Below are positions 1 through 9,449 of a stretch of 64,000 bases of DNA, one piece after another. The stretch is from Elusimicrobiota bacterium (GTDB taxonomy: Bacteria; Elusimicrobiota; Elusimicrobia; UBA1565; UBA9628). The first letter of the stretch is position 1; each line of letters opens with the position of its first letter. The translations under genes and the position numbers were made by a program. The stretch spans positions 2,466 to 66,465 of the forward strand of contig JAHFCE010000011.1 of assembly GCA_023249675.1 (NCBI GenBank). Reading direction: 5' to 3'. The notes under the pieces are model-generated. The model was given only the letters and a program-made list of their open reading frames with translations. It was not told the origin of the DNA and ran no database searches.

Positions 1-435
1 GGACGCGAGCCTGCCGAAGGCGAGACCGTGACGGACCTAGGCGCTGCCCCCGGCGGCTGGAGCTACAGCGCGGCCAAGCGCGGGGCTGTGGTCGTGGCCG
101 TGGACAACGGCCCGCTCAAGGGCGGCGCGCTCCATTCGGGTGTCACGCACAAGGCGGAGGATGCCTTTCGGTACGCCCCGGTGGAGCCGGCGACCTGGCT
201 TTTCTGCGACATGGTCGAGGACCCCGACCGCGTCACGGACTTGCTTGGGCGGTGGCTCGACCGCGGCTGGTGCCGGCGCTTCATCGTCAACTTGAAGTTC
301 GGCCGGCACGACCCGCTGCGCGTGCTGGCTCGCGCCGAGGGTCTGCGGCCGCAATGCTCGCTGCTGCGCGCGCGCCACCTGTTCCACGACCGCGAGGAGC
401 TGACCCTCGTGGGTGAACGCGTGCCGGGCGCTTGA
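1..435 (+). CDS. RlmM-like 23S rRNA 2'-O-ribose methyltransferase, C-terminal part (5'-truncated by window)
   Basis: Frame open from base 1; motifs DLGAAPGGWS, VAVDNGPL, CDMVE and IVNLK typical of RlmM/FtsJ-type methyltransferases. Confidence 0.75.
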   Translation, partial: GREPAEGETVTDLGAAPGGWSYSAAKRGAVVVAVDNGPLKGGALHSGVTHKAEDAFRYAPVEPATWLFCDMVEDPDRVTDLLGRWLDRGWCRRFIVNLKFGRHDPLRVLARAEGLRPQCSLLRARHLFHDREELTLVGERVPGA

Positions 436-467
436 AAGTCGGTCTCTCGCGGGGTTATACTACGGCC

Positions 468-860
468 ATGACACCACGACGACTGCTCCTTCTTTTGCTC
501 GTTTTGACCCTGCCGTTCGCCGTCCCCGCGCGGTCGGCGCGCGCCGAGGATAAGCCCGTCAAGGGCGCTGACACAAAGACCGCCCCGAAGCCCGCGAAGA
601 AAAATGAGGCGAAGAAGCGGCCGGCGCAGAAGAAGCCCTACGACTACGACCAGTCCAAGTATAAATCGCTCCGACCCGCGCAGACATCGACCTACAAGTT
701 CAACGCGAAGGGCGAGCCGATCGGCGCGGAAGAAAAGAAGTCGGCGGCGAATAAAAAGAAGCGCTCCGAGCCGCCCGAGGCGGGGTCGAAGGACGCGTCC
801 GCGGCCTGCGGTTCGGCGGAGAGCTGCGCCGAGAAGAAGATCGAGACCGACGCGCTTTAA
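468..860 (+). CDS. hypothetical secreted Lys-rich protein
   Basis: Signal peptide (MTPRRLLLLLLVLTLPFAVPARSARA), then low-complexity K/A/P sequence; TATACT 6 nt upstream of ATG. Confidence 0.6.
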   Translation: MTPRRLLLLLLVLTLPFAVPARSARAEDKPVKGADTKTAPKPAKKNEAKKRPAQKKPYDYDQSKYKSLRPAQTSTYKFNAKGEPIGAEEKKSAANKKKRSEPPEAGSKDASAACGSAESCAEKKIETDAL

Positions 861-886
861 CCGGGAGAATCGTCCATGAGGCGCCG

Positions 887-1087
887 ATGAAGTTCGATCG
901 CCTGCGTTGGGTCCTCCTTCCCGTGGCTGCGGTGACCGCGCTCATCATGCTGTTCAAGGGCGCCACGCCCGGGCGGCTGGCGCTGTCTTCGGTCTGCGCG
1001 CTGGCCTGGTACGGGCTCTCCCGCCGCAAAGCGTATTCGCTCGACCAGGATCGTTTCGCCGGCGGCAAGCTCGGCCGGCGTTCCTAG
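887..1087 (+). CDS. small membrane protein (2 TM)
   Basis: 66 aa with two hydrophobic stretches; GAGG SD-like motif upstream. Confidence 0.5.
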   Translation: MKFDRLRWVLLPVAAVTALIMLFKGATPGRLALSSVCALAWYGLSRRKAYSLDQDRFAGGKLGRRS

Positions 1088-1088
1088 G

Positions 1089-1922
1089 CTACTGGAAGAA
1101 GAGCAGTTCGGCGCCGAACTTATACTCGGCGTCGTCGACCGCGACGAGCTTCTCGCCGATGATCCGCTTGCCTTTGCCGATGAGGTACGCTTTGCTCTTC
1201 TCGAGCCGCCAAGCGAGGTCCTCCGGCGTCTTCGCGGCCAGGCTGGCGTAGCCGAGTTCGGGGCCGATGTAGACAAACAGCCACGGCTCCGGCTTCTGCA
1301 CGACGCTCACGCCGGAGGCCTTGATGAGGTCCGCGTCGATGACGTTGCCGGGCTTGAGGACGCGGAGTTGCTTTTCGTGCTCGCGGACGGCCTCGGGCTT
1401 CGCCAGGTAGAGGATCGAGTAGGTGGGCAGGAGAAAGTCGAGGTTCACCACGCGCGCGGCGATCGGGGTCAGGCCCGCGGCGGATAGGGCCTGCTGAGCC
1501 GCGGCCATGTTGGCTCGCAGGCCCGCGTCGTCTTTCGGCGGGAATTGGCGGGGGTCGGCAAGAAAATCGCGGATCACGCGCCCATCCGCCGTGCGGTAGG
1601 GGAGTATGAAGATCTTGCCCTTGAAGGTTGGAGCTCCGGGCTCGATGCCGGCGTCCTTGAGGACCTCGGTCCAGTGGGCGGCGGCCTCGGCGAACTGCTC
1701 CGGGGTGTCGGCGTAGCCGAACAGGCAGTCCGCGCCGGCCTGGATGAGCATGTGTCCTTTCACGATGACGTCGGCCGGCCGCGGCTCAGGCACGGCGACC
1801 GCGGCTTTAGCGGCTCGCAACTCGGCGGCGCCGGTGAAGCGGAACGCGGGCAGCCCCGGGGTCTCGGCGAAGGCGGCCAGCGGCGATAGGAGCAAGGCGA
1901 CGGCGGAGATCAGGTTCTTCAT
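1089..1922 (-). CDS. hypothetical secreted protein
   Basis: 277-aa ORF with signal peptide MKNLISAVALLLSPLAAFA and coding-like codon usage. Confidence 0.75.
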   Translation of the reverse strand: MKNLISAVALLLSPLAAFAETPGLPAFRFTGAAELRAAKAAVAVPEPRPADVIVKGHMLIQAGADCLFGYADTPEQFAEAAAHWTEVLKDAGIEPGAPTFKGKIFILPYRTADGRVIRDFLADPRQFPPKDDAGLRANMAAAQQALSAAGLTPIAARVVNLDFLLPTYSILYLAKPEAVREHEKQLRVLKPGNVIDADLIKASGVSVVQKPEPWLFVYIGPELGYASLAAKTPEDLAWRLEKSKAYLIGKGKRIIGEKLVAVDDAEYKFGAELLFFQ

Positions 1923-2051
1923 GGCACGATTTTAGCACATGACGGGCTTCTAACCCCTGACGGAGGGCGGGGCTTTTGGTGTGGGACCCGACGAGGCTTG
2001 GGTCGGTCATGATTCCCCGCGAAAACAAAAAAATAGATCAGAAAAAACTGG

Positions 2052-2085
2052 CGCTATTTACATCGCGCGCGAGATGTAAATAGCG
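2052..2085. promoter_or_regulatory. 13-bp inverted repeat in AT-rich divergent intergenic region (candidate operator)
   Basis: CGCTATTTACATC (2052-2064) / GATGTAAATAGCG (2073-2085). Confidence 0.4.
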
Positions 2086-2196
2086 AATAAATTTTAAGCA
2101 TTATTTTTTAAAAAACGAAGGATTTCCTGTCGGTCCCAAAGGACTCTAGGTCCTTCGACCCCTGTCGGCGACGTGATTTCTCGACAAACTCAATCG

Positions 2197-3375
2197 ATGA
2201 GGCGTTTCGCTGGCTTGATCGTAGTTCTGCTCCTCGGATTCGGCGCGGCCGCTTCGGCCGCCGTGGTCGAGCGCCCGTCTCCATCGTTGAATGCCGCTGC
2301 CGCGCCCATGCCGGCTTTGTCGCTTGCGATGTTCGGGCCGGCGCCCGCCCTCCTTCCGGCGACGCCCGTTCCGGGCGCTGATTTTCCTCTGGTCTCGATC
2401 CCAGCCCAGGCGCTCGCGGCGCGGCTTCCGTCCGCGCCCGCCGCCCAGCCTCATGAGCGCGGCCCGCCCGGCGCGCGCGACTCCGATTTCTCATCCGTCG
2501 TTGCGCAAAGCGTCGCCGATACGGTTCATGACTGGAAAGTTCCTTCTGAGGAAATCCTCGCGGACCACGACGTGATCCTTGTGGGCGAGAGCCACCAAAG
2601 CCTCGCGTCCGTGACCGAGCTTGCGCGCGCCTTGCCGGGTCTGGCGAAAGCGGGCGTGAAGGTCCTCGGCATCGAAGGCCTCAAGCGTCCGAATCAGGAG
2701 GCCGTCGACGCTTATATCTCCGGCCGCGCGGACGTCCTGCCCGCCGAAGTGCTCTCTTTCTCGCCGCGCCGCCGCTCCGCGTTCGAGGCCTTGCTCAAGA
2801 CCGCGCGCGAGACAGGCGTGCGGGTCGTCGCGCTCGGCATTCCGCTCGACGCGTGGGCGCGCCAAGTCGCCGAGCTTGCGGCCGCCCGGACCGGCGATCC
2901 ATTCGAGACCTTCCTCCGCTCGCCCGGCGAGCAGCTTTACCGCGCGCAGGTCGGCTATGAGCCCGGCTACAATGAAGCCGTCGCCGAGGTTTATCTCACG
3001 CGTCGGAACCAAAGCATGGCTTCTTTCCTCGCCGATGCGCTGATCGAGGGCGCCAAGGCCGTTGCACTCGCCGGGCAGAATCACGTCGCGGGCGCCGATG
3101 CCGTCACGCTCCAACTCGTCGGCGATCCGGGCCGTTGGGGCAGCGTGGGCACGGAGCTCGCGCGCCTAGGGCTGAGGGCCTTTTCTTTGACTTTGACCGG
3201 CGGCCGCTCTGTCGATGTCGACGGCGCGCAGGACGATCGCGCCGCGCGGCCCGCCTCGCATGCGCTGGCAGCGAAAGCTTCGCCGGACGGCGCGCCTGCG
3301 TTCCAGAGGACCGGCGCCGACACGGGCCTCTACCACGCGGGCGGAATGGTGCCCGCCTCGATGGTTGCCCACTGA
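2197..3375 (+). CDS. secreted ChaN/EreA/TraB(TIKI)-superfamily-like protein
   Basis: Signal peptide, Pro/Ala linker, then VILVGESH...LGIEG...RNQSMA...AGQNH pattern of this superfamily. Confidence 0.55.
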   Translation: MRRFAGLIVVLLLGFGAAASAAVVERPSPSLNAAAAPMPALSLAMFGPAPALLPATPVPGADFPLVSIPAQALAARLPSAPAAQPHERGPPGARDSDFSSVVAQSVADTVHDWKVPSEEILADHDVILVGESHQSLASVTELARALPGLAKAGVKVLGIEGLKRPNQEAVDAYISGRADVLPAEVLSFSPRRRSAFEALLKTARETGVRVVALGIPLDAWARQVAELAAARTGDPFETFLRSPGEQLYRAQVGYEPGYNEAVAEVYLTRRNQSMASFLADALIEGAKAVALAGQNHVAGADAVTLQLVGDPGRWGSVGTELARLGLRAFSLTLTGGRSVDVDGAQDDRAARPASHALAAKASPDGAPAFQRTGADTGLYHAGGMVPASMVAH

Positions 3376-3400
3376 GGGCGCGATTGGCTATTCTCCGGGG

Positions 3401-4423
3401 ATGACTACCGTTTTGAAGCGCGACATCGTCGCCGACATCCGCCGCAAGGCCGCTGCGCTAAAGAAAAAAATCGTTCTGCCCGAAGGCGAGGAAAAACGGA
3501 CGCTCCAGGCGGCCGCGATTCTGAAAAAGAACGGTCTCTGCGTGCCGATCCTCATCGGCAATCCCGAGAAAGCCCGCAAGACGGCCGCCGACAATGGCGC
3601 TGATATTTCCGGCATCGAGATCGTCGAGCCCGCCAGGGACGCCAAGTTCGCCGCGTACGCGTCTCAGTATTTCGAATTGAGAAAGCACAAGGGCATCACC
3701 GCGGAAGAAGCGAAAACCGCCGTGACGCAGCCGCTCGTCTACGGCGTGATGATGCTCCACAACGACCGGGTGGATGGATTTCTCTCCGGCGCGGATCATG
3801 CGACGGCCGACACGGTCAGACCGGCGCTGCATATCATCAAGCCCGCCCCGGGCGTGCGCACGATCTCGAGCTTCTTCATCATGATTTTCCCGAGCCCGAA
3901 GCAGGGCGACGAGGGCGTGCTCATTATGGGTGACTGCGCGATCAATATCGATCCGGTGCCCGTGAAGCTCGCCAGCATCGGCATTTCCTCGGCGCGCATG
4001 GCGCGTGTGCTCACCGGCATCGACCCGCGCATCGCGTTTCTGTCTTTCTCGACGAACGGCTCGACCGACCATGCCCTCGTCACGGCCGTCAAGGAGGCCG
4101 TGCGCATCGCCAAGGAGAAGGCGCCGGACCTCGCCATCGACGGCGAGATGCAGGCCGACGCTGCCCTCGTGCCCGAGATCGGACAGAAGAAGTTCCCCGG
4201 CTCGAAGGTGGCCGGCCGCGCGAACGTCCTCGTGTTTCCCGACCTGCAAAGCGGCAACATCGGCTACAAGCTCGTCCAGCGCCTGACGGGCGCCGAGGCC
4301 CTCGGGCCGATCATGCAGGGCTTCGCCAAGCCCGTCAACGACCTCTCGCGCGGCGCGTCCGTCGACGACATCGTCAACATGGCCTGCGTGACCGCGCTGC
4401 AGTCCGACCCGTCTCTGCGCTGA
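3401..4423 (+). CDS. pta: phosphate acetyltransferase
   Basis: IVLPEGEE, GDCAIN, LSFSTNGS, DGEMQADAA, VFPDLQSGNIGYK and PVNDLSRG motifs. Confidence 0.95.
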   Translation: MTTVLKRDIVADIRRKAAALKKKIVLPEGEEKRTLQAAAILKKNGLCVPILIGNPEKARKTAADNGADISGIEIVEPARDAKFAAYASQYFELRKHKGITAEEAKTAVTQPLVYGVMMLHNDRVDGFLSGADHATADTVRPALHIIKPAPGVRTISSFFIMIFPSPKQGDEGVLIMGDCAINIDPVPVKLASIGISSARMARVLTGIDPRIAFLSFSTNGSTDHALVTAVKEAVRIAKEKAPDLAIDGEMQADAALVPEIGQKKFPGSKVAGRANVLVFPDLQSGNIGYKLVQRLTGAEALGPIMQGFAKPVNDLSRGASVDDIVNMACVTALQSDPSLR

Positions 4424-4452
4424 TCGCGGAGACTTGGTATAATCGGAGTCCG

Positions 4453-6120
4453 ATGTCGCCCTTCTTGACGCCTAAGATCGTCACCACCCTCAAGTCGTAC
4501 GATCGGACCCAGCTCGTCCATGACCTCGTCGCCGGCCTCATTGTCGGCGTGGTCGCCATCCCGTTGGCCCTGGCCTTCGGCATCGCCTCGGGCGTGACCC
4601 CGGCCGAGGGCCTGTACGCCGCGGTCATCGGGGGCTTTCTCATCTCGCTGCTGGGCGGAAGCCGTGTTCAGATCGGCGGCCCGACCGGGGCCTTCGTGGT
4701 CATCATCTACGGCATCGTCTCGCAGTACGGGCGCGAGGCCCTCTCTATCTGCACCATCATGGCCGGCGTGATCCTCATCATCATGGGCGTCGCGCGGATG
4801 GGCAACCTCATCAAATGGATCCCCTATCCCGTCACGACCGGATTTACCAGCGGCATCGCGGTCATCATCTTCTCCTCTCAGGTCAAAGACCTCTTCGGCC
4901 TGCGCATGGGCGCGGTCCCGCCCGAGTTCATCGACAAGTGGGGCGCCTATTTCCGTGCTCTGCCCAGCGCCGACGCCGCGACCATGGCACTCTCCGCCGC
5001 GACTCTCGCGCTTCTCGTCTTCCTTCCGCGCCTGACGAAAAAGATCCCCTCGCCCTTCGCGGCGTTGGTCTTCGCCACGGCGGCGGCCGCGCTCCTCGGA
5101 CTGCCCGTGGAGACCATCGGCTCGCGCTTCGGCGCCCTTCCCCGCGGCTTGCCCATGCCGCACCTGCCGGCGCTGGATTTCAAGACGGCTGCGGGTCTGG
5201 TGCGTCCGGCGACGGTGGTGGCTCTTTTGGCCGCCATCGAGTCCTTGCTCTCGGCTGTGGTGGCCGACGGCATGATCGGCGGGCGCCACCGTCCCAGCAT
5301 GGAGCTGGTCGCTCAGGGCGTGGCCAACATCGTCTCCCCGCTTTTCGGCGGCATCCCGGTGACCGGGGCCATCGCGCGCACCGCGACCAATATCAAGAGC
5401 GGCGGCCGCACGCCGGTGGCGGGCATCACGCACGCCCTGGTCCTGGTCTGCGTGCTCCTCTTCGCGGGGCCGCTCGTGGCGCGCATCCCGCTCTGCTCTC
5501 TGGCCGCGATTTTGGTCATCGTCGCCTACAACATGAGCGAGTGGCACACCTTCGCTTTCCTGCTCAAGTCTCCGCGCTCAGATGTCGCGGTGCTCCTGAC
5601 CACCTTCGGACTCACGGTGCTCGTGGATCTGACCGCGGCCGTGGAGATCGGGATGGTCTTGTCCGCCTTCCTCTTCATGAGACGCATGGCCGAGATGACC
5701 ACCATCGACGCCGCGGTCGATGACCGTGGAGACGAGGAGGCGGGAGGGGGAGCCGATCGCGTCCGTTTGACCGTGCCCAAGGGCGTCGAGGTCTACGACG
5801 TCAGCGGCCCGCTTTTCTTCGGCGCCGCGGACAAGTTGGGCGAGGTTCTTTCCCAGATTCAGGACCCGCCCAAGGTTTTCATCCTGCGTTTGGGCGCGGT
5901 GCCGGTCGTGGACGCCTCGGGCCTGCACGCCCTGCGCGATTTCCAGGCCCGCTGCCGGCGCTTGGGAACGTCCTTGCTCCTCTGCGGGCTCCGGCCTCAG
6001 CCTCTGAAGGTCCTGAGGAGTTCGGGCGTCTTGGAAGAGTTCGACGCCTGGACCGCCGAGGACGACTTGGCCCAGGCGCTCAAGTCGATTGAGAAAAGCA
6101 CCGCCTTGAGCAAGGTCTGA
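4453..6120 (+). CDS. SulP-family anion/dicarboxylate transporter with STAS domain
   Basis: DLVAGLIVGVVAIPLALAFG, QIGGPTGAF, TGAIARTATN; C-terminal GPLFFGAA...DASGL STAS. Confidence 0.93.
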   Translation: MSPFLTPKIVTTLKSYDRTQLVHDLVAGLIVGVVAIPLALAFGIASGVTPAEGLYAAVIGGFLISLLGGSRVQIGGPTGAFVVIIYGIVSQYGREALSICTIMAGVILIIMGVARMGNLIKWIPYPVTTGFTSGIAVIIFSSQVKDLFGLRMGAVPPEFIDKWGAYFRALPSADAATMALSAATLALLVFLPRLTKKIPSPFAALVFATAAAALLGLPVETIGSRFGALPRGLPMPHLPALDFKTAAGLVRPATVVALLAAIESLLSAVVADGMIGGRHRPSMELVAQGVANIVSPLFGGIPVTGAIARTATNIKSGGRTPVAGITHALVLVCVLLFAGPLVARIPLCSLAAILVIVAYNMSEWHTFAFLLKSPRSDVAVLLTTFGLTVLVDLTAAVEIGMVLSAFLFMRRMAEMTTIDAAVDDRGDEEAGGGADRVRLTVPKGVEVYDVSGPLFFGAADKLGEVLSQIQDPPKVFILRLGAVPVVDASGLHALRDFQARCRRLGTSLLLCGLRPQPLKVLRSSGVLEEFDAWTAEDDLAQALKSIEKSTALSKV

Positions 6121-6203
6121 GGCCTCGCCCGGCGCCTCGGACATGCAACTTTTTCGGGGGGTCGATCGTCTGGTAGAGAGGCCCCTGCGGGCGGGAGGAC
6201 GAG

Positions 6204-6587
6204 ATGAAAAAACCAGCGACGGTATTGGCGGCGGCGTTGTTCCTGGCCGGAGCGGCGAGGGCGGGAGCTCCTGCCCCGGTGGAGAAGGCGAAAATCAAGG
6301 AGCTGCGCGCGGACGTCCGCGACGACAAGCATCGGCTCAAGCAGGTGGCGCTCGACCAGCACAAGGAACTCGTTCTGGTTCGCGAACGGGAGAAATCCGA
6401 TGTGGGCCTCGTGAAGGCCTCCGCGGCCCAGCCGGAGACGATCCACCAAGGGCTCCTCGATGTGCGCGAGAAGTCGCGTCGGGACCGTCGGGCTCTGCGC
6501 TCGCGGCGCCGCGAGGATCGCGCGCATCTGCGCCAGGCCATCAAAAATAAGCGCGCCGAGATCACCGGCCTTCGCCAGAAGAAGTAA
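6204..6587 (+). CDS. hypothetical secreted helical protein
   Basis: Signal peptide, charged coiled-coil body, GGAGG SD. Confidence 0.6.
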   Translation: MKKPATVLAAALFLAGAARAGAPAPVEKAKIKELRADVRDDKHRLKQVALDQHKELVLVREREKSDVGLVKASAAQPETIHQGLLDVREKSRRDRRALRSRRREDRAHLRQAIKNKRAEITGLRQKK

Positions 6588-6596
6588 TCTTTGGGA

Positions 6597-7037
6597 ATGA
6601 CCGATCAAGAACTGGTGCGCGAGGCCTATCTCGAGGCGAAGAAGGGCTATGACGCGGGCGGCCTGCCGATCGGTTCCGTGCTCGTCGACGCGAAGGGAAA
6701 GATCATCGCGCGCGGCCGCAACCAGCGCGTGCAGACCGGCGACCCGACCGCGCACGCCGAGGTCGTCTGCCTGCGCAACGCCGGCCGCCGCCGCGACTGG
6801 CCGGAGCTCACCTTGGTCTCCTCTCTGAGTCCCTGCATCATGTGCGCCGGCACGACCCTGCTGTACCGCATTCCGCGCGTGATCGTGGGCGAGAACAAGA
6901 ACTTCCTCGGGGCCGAGGACCTGTTCGCCGCGCGCGGGGTGAAGCTCGCGGTTCTCCAGGACCGGGACTGCATCGCGCTGATGGAAAGATTCGTGCGCGA
7001 GAAGCCCGATCTCTGGAACGAGGATATCGGCCTCTAG
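6597..7037 (+). CDS. nucleoside/cytosine deaminase (CDA family)
   Basis: HAE and PCIMC zinc motifs; GGLPIGSVL and WNEDIG resemble fungal-type cytosine deaminase. Confidence 0.88.
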   Translation: MTDQELVREAYLEAKKGYDAGGLPIGSVLVDAKGKIIARGRNQRVQTGDPTAHAEVVCLRNAGRRRDWPELTLVSSLSPCIMCAGTTLLYRIPRVIVGENKNFLGAEDLFAARGVKLAVLQDRDCIALMERFVREKPDLWNEDIGL

Positions 7038-7114
7038 AAATATTTTTAATTACAGGGCAGGATTCAGTGCGCGGTGACGAGCCGATCGCGGACTAAATGC
7101 TAAAATAGGAGACA

Positions 7115-7198
7115 GGCGGCGTGCTGAAATTGGTATCCAGAGCAGACTTAAAATCTGCCGCCCGCGAGGGCATGTGGGTTCGAGTCCCACCGCCGCCA
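7115..7198 (+). tRNA. tRNA-Leu (anticodon TAA)
   Basis: Acceptor stem GGCGGCG/CGCCGCC, anticodon arm GCAGA-CTTAAAA-TCTGC, long variable arm, T-loop GGTTCGAGTCC; CCA not encoded. Confidence 0.95.
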
Positions 7199-7256
7199 AT
7201 ATCTTTGGTGCTCCCGCTCTGCCCATGGTTTTGTTGTTTGGTCTCATGATTATCGG

Positions 7257-7898
7257 ATGAAAATCGCTTATCAGGCGTGGCAGTTCGTGGTTCCGGCCGT
7301 CGCGGCCGGCGCCGCCGGTCTGTGGTTGATGGGGCGTCCAGCGACCGTATTCCCCGGCGCTTCGCTCTCGTTTCTCGCCTTCGGCTTCGCCGCGTTCGCG
7401 GTCTACTTTTTCCGCGATCCGGAGCGCGCCCTGCCGACCGACGGGCGCATCTATTCGCCCGGCGACGGCGTCGTGCTCGCCGTCGGCCGCGAAGGCCCCG
7501 GCGACGTGGTCACCGCGCGCATCTTCCTCTCCGTGTTCGACGTCCACATCCAGCGCGCTCCGACGGCAGGCCGCGTGACGAAGGTGGCGGTGGTTCCGGG
7601 CTCGTTTGCCGCCGCGATGAAGGACGCGGCGCGCGGGAATTCACGCGTGGTCATGACGATCGAGCCAGAAGGACGCGGCCCGCTCGTTGTCGAGCAGATC
7701 GCCGGCCTCATCGCGCGGCGCATCGAGTGCTGGCGCAAGCCCGGCGATATGGTGGCCGCCGGCGAGCGCTACGGCATCATCTATTTCGGCTCGCAGGCGG
7801 CCGTGCACTTTCCGGCCGGCTCGCGCTGCACGGTCAAGGCCGGCGACCGCGTCGCGGGGGGCCTGACGCCCATCGGGGAATGGACAAGCAAACTCTAA
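7257..7898 (+). CDS. psd: phosphatidylserine decarboxylase proenzyme (short type)
   Basis: FFRDPER, SPGDG, IFLSVFDVH, QIAGLIARRI and FGS cleavage motif. Confidence 0.92.
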   Translation: MKIAYQAWQFVVPAVAAGAAGLWLMGRPATVFPGASLSFLAFGFAAFAVYFFRDPERALPTDGRIYSPGDGVVLAVGREGPGDVVTARIFLSVFDVHIQRAPTAGRVTKVAVVPGSFAAAMKDAARGNSRVVMTIEPEGRGPLVVEQIAGLIARRIECWRKPGDMVAAGERYGIIYFGSQAAVHFPAGSRCTVKAGDRVAGGLTPIGEWTSKL

Positions 7899-8689
7899 AG
7901 CGCGGAGGACAGGTCCTCGCTCCGTCGCTGTTCACGCTCGGCAACATGGCGTGCGGCTTCTACGCCCTGCTGTCCTCCGTGCGCGGGGAATTCGTGTCCT
8001 CGGCCACGGCGATCATCGCGGGGATGGTCTTCGACGCGCTGGACGGCCGCGTCGCCCGCCTCGTGCATGGCGAATCCTCCTTCGGCGTCGAGTTCGACTC
8101 GATGGCGGACTTCTTGACCTTCGGCGTGGCTCCAGCGCATATGATGTATGCGTTTATTTTGAAGGACTACGGCGCGTGGGGCTATCCGATGGCCTTCCTG
8201 TTCGCGCTGTGCGGCGGCCTGCGTCTGGCGCGCTTCAACGCGATGGCGCACGGCGGCACGGGTTCGAGATCCCATTTCATGGGGCTGCCGATTCCGGCGG
8301 GCGCGGGCTTTCTGGCCGGCTTCGTCCTCCTCTATCAGAAGATCGAGGAAGGGCGGCCCGGGGGCACGTGGCGGCTCCTCATGGACCAGATTCCGGCCCT
8401 GTACGGCCTGGCTCCGGTCATGGTCATTGCGCTCGCGCTCCTGATGGTCTCGACGATTCCTTACCCGACGTTCAAGCAGCCCGGCGTGCTGCGGCCGAAG
8501 TCGCTGCCCGCGATCCTGATCCTGCTGGGCCTGGGTTGGCTGCTTTTCTTCTACCCGCTGATGATCCTCTTCGTCGTTTTCTTCTTTTACGCCCTGCTGG
8601 GGCCGGTGTCGTGGCTGGCGCGTTGGGCCGGCCGCCTCGTCGGCTGGCTGCCGCCCGCGCCGGCCCACGACTATGGAGAACACTTGTGA
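7880..8689 (+). CDS. pssA: CDP-diacylglycerol--serine O-phosphatidyltransferase
   Basis: PSLFTLGN, DALDGRVAR, FGVEFDSMAD, LRLARFN; adjacent to psd. Confidence 0.92.
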   Translation: MDKQTLKRGGQVLAPSLFTLGNMACGFYALLSSVRGEFVSSATAIIAGMVFDALDGRVARLVHGESSFGVEFDSMADFLTFGVAPAHMMYAFILKDYGAWGYPMAFLFALCGGLRLARFNAMAHGGTGSRSHFMGLPIPAGAGFLAGFVLLYQKIEEGRPGGTWRLLMDQIPALYGLAPVMVIALALLMVSTIPYPTFKQPGVLRPKSLPAILILLGLGWLLFFYPLMILFVVFFFYALLGPVSWLARWAGRLVGWLPPAPAHDYGEHL

Positions 8690-9123
8690 CCAAGCCCGTC
8701 CACGGAATTCTCGCGATGCGCCGCCTCGATCCGGCTGCGACCTTGCCCACCCGGGCGCATGCCGATGACGCGGGCCTCGATTTGTACTCCCTTGAAGACG
8801 CGGAGTTCTTGCCCGGAGAAGGACGGGTCGTGCGCACGGGCGTGGCGATGGCCATTCCGGCGGGCCACGTCGGCCTCGTCTGCGACCGCTCGTCGATGGC
8901 CAAGCGCGGCCTCAAGACCGCGGGCGGCGTGATCGACGCGGGCTACCGCGGCGAAGTCGGCGTCATGCTCTGGAACATCTCGGGCCAGACCCACGGACTC
9001 AAGAAGGGCGAGCGCATCGCTCAGCTCCTCGTGATTCCGATCGCGACGCCGGCTCCCGTCGACTCCGACGATTTGGGCGAGACGGCGCGCGGCGCCGGGG
9101 GCTTCGGCTCGACCGGCAAATAA
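8686..9123 (+). CDS. dut: dUTP diphosphatase
   Basis: AGLDL, DRSSMA, GVIDAGYRGE, RIAQL, RGAGGFGSTG; GTG start overlaps pssA stop. Confidence 0.95.
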   Translation: MTKPVHGILAMRRLDPAATLPTRAHADDAGLDLYSLEDAEFLPGEGRVVRTGVAMAIPAGHVGLVCDRSSMAKRGLKTAGGVIDAGYRGEVGVMLWNISGQTHGLKKGERIAQLLVIPIATPAPVDSDDLGETARGAGGFGSTGK

Positions 9124-9141
9124 CGTCCCGCTCGTACGGGC

Positions 9142-9258
9142 CGGGGCGGAAACGCGATGTCTGGCGGGGTCGGCGGGATTGACCCGCCTCTAGCGGGACG
9201 CGACCGCAAGAGCTTGTCGCGTCCCTCACGCCCCGCCAGACATCGCGTTTCCGCCCCG
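9142..9258 (+). repeat. three-way-junction palindromic element, copy 1
   Basis: Perfect 28-bp inverted arms (9142-9169 / 9231-9258) enclosing hairpins GGCGGG-attga-CCCGCC and GGGACGCGAC...GTCGCGTCCC. Confidence 0.85.
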
Positions 9259-9313
9259 ACCATCCGAGTTGCAGGCGCTCGCGGTCGAGCCTGCGCCCCC
9301 CGCCTTGCTTAAT

Positions 9314-9432
9314 CGGGCGGAGGAATATGACATCCATCGGGGCGTGAGGGGCGCGACCGGATCTGGAAGGAGCGCCCCGTTAGAGGCGGGTCAATCCCGC
9401 CGACCCCGATGGATGTCATATTCCTCCGTCCG
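9314..9432 (-). repeat. three-way-junction palindromic element, copy 2 (inverted relative to copy 1)
   Basis: 29-bp arms (9314-9342 / 9404-9432, one mismatch); reverse complement carries the same core as copy 1. Confidence 0.85.
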
Positions 9433-9449
9433 GCCAACGCGCGCGAGCC

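Noticed and set aside
7115-7260. tRNA-Leu as an island integration site
   Set aside because: No duplicate of the tRNA 3' end was seen in the window, and psd follows immediately
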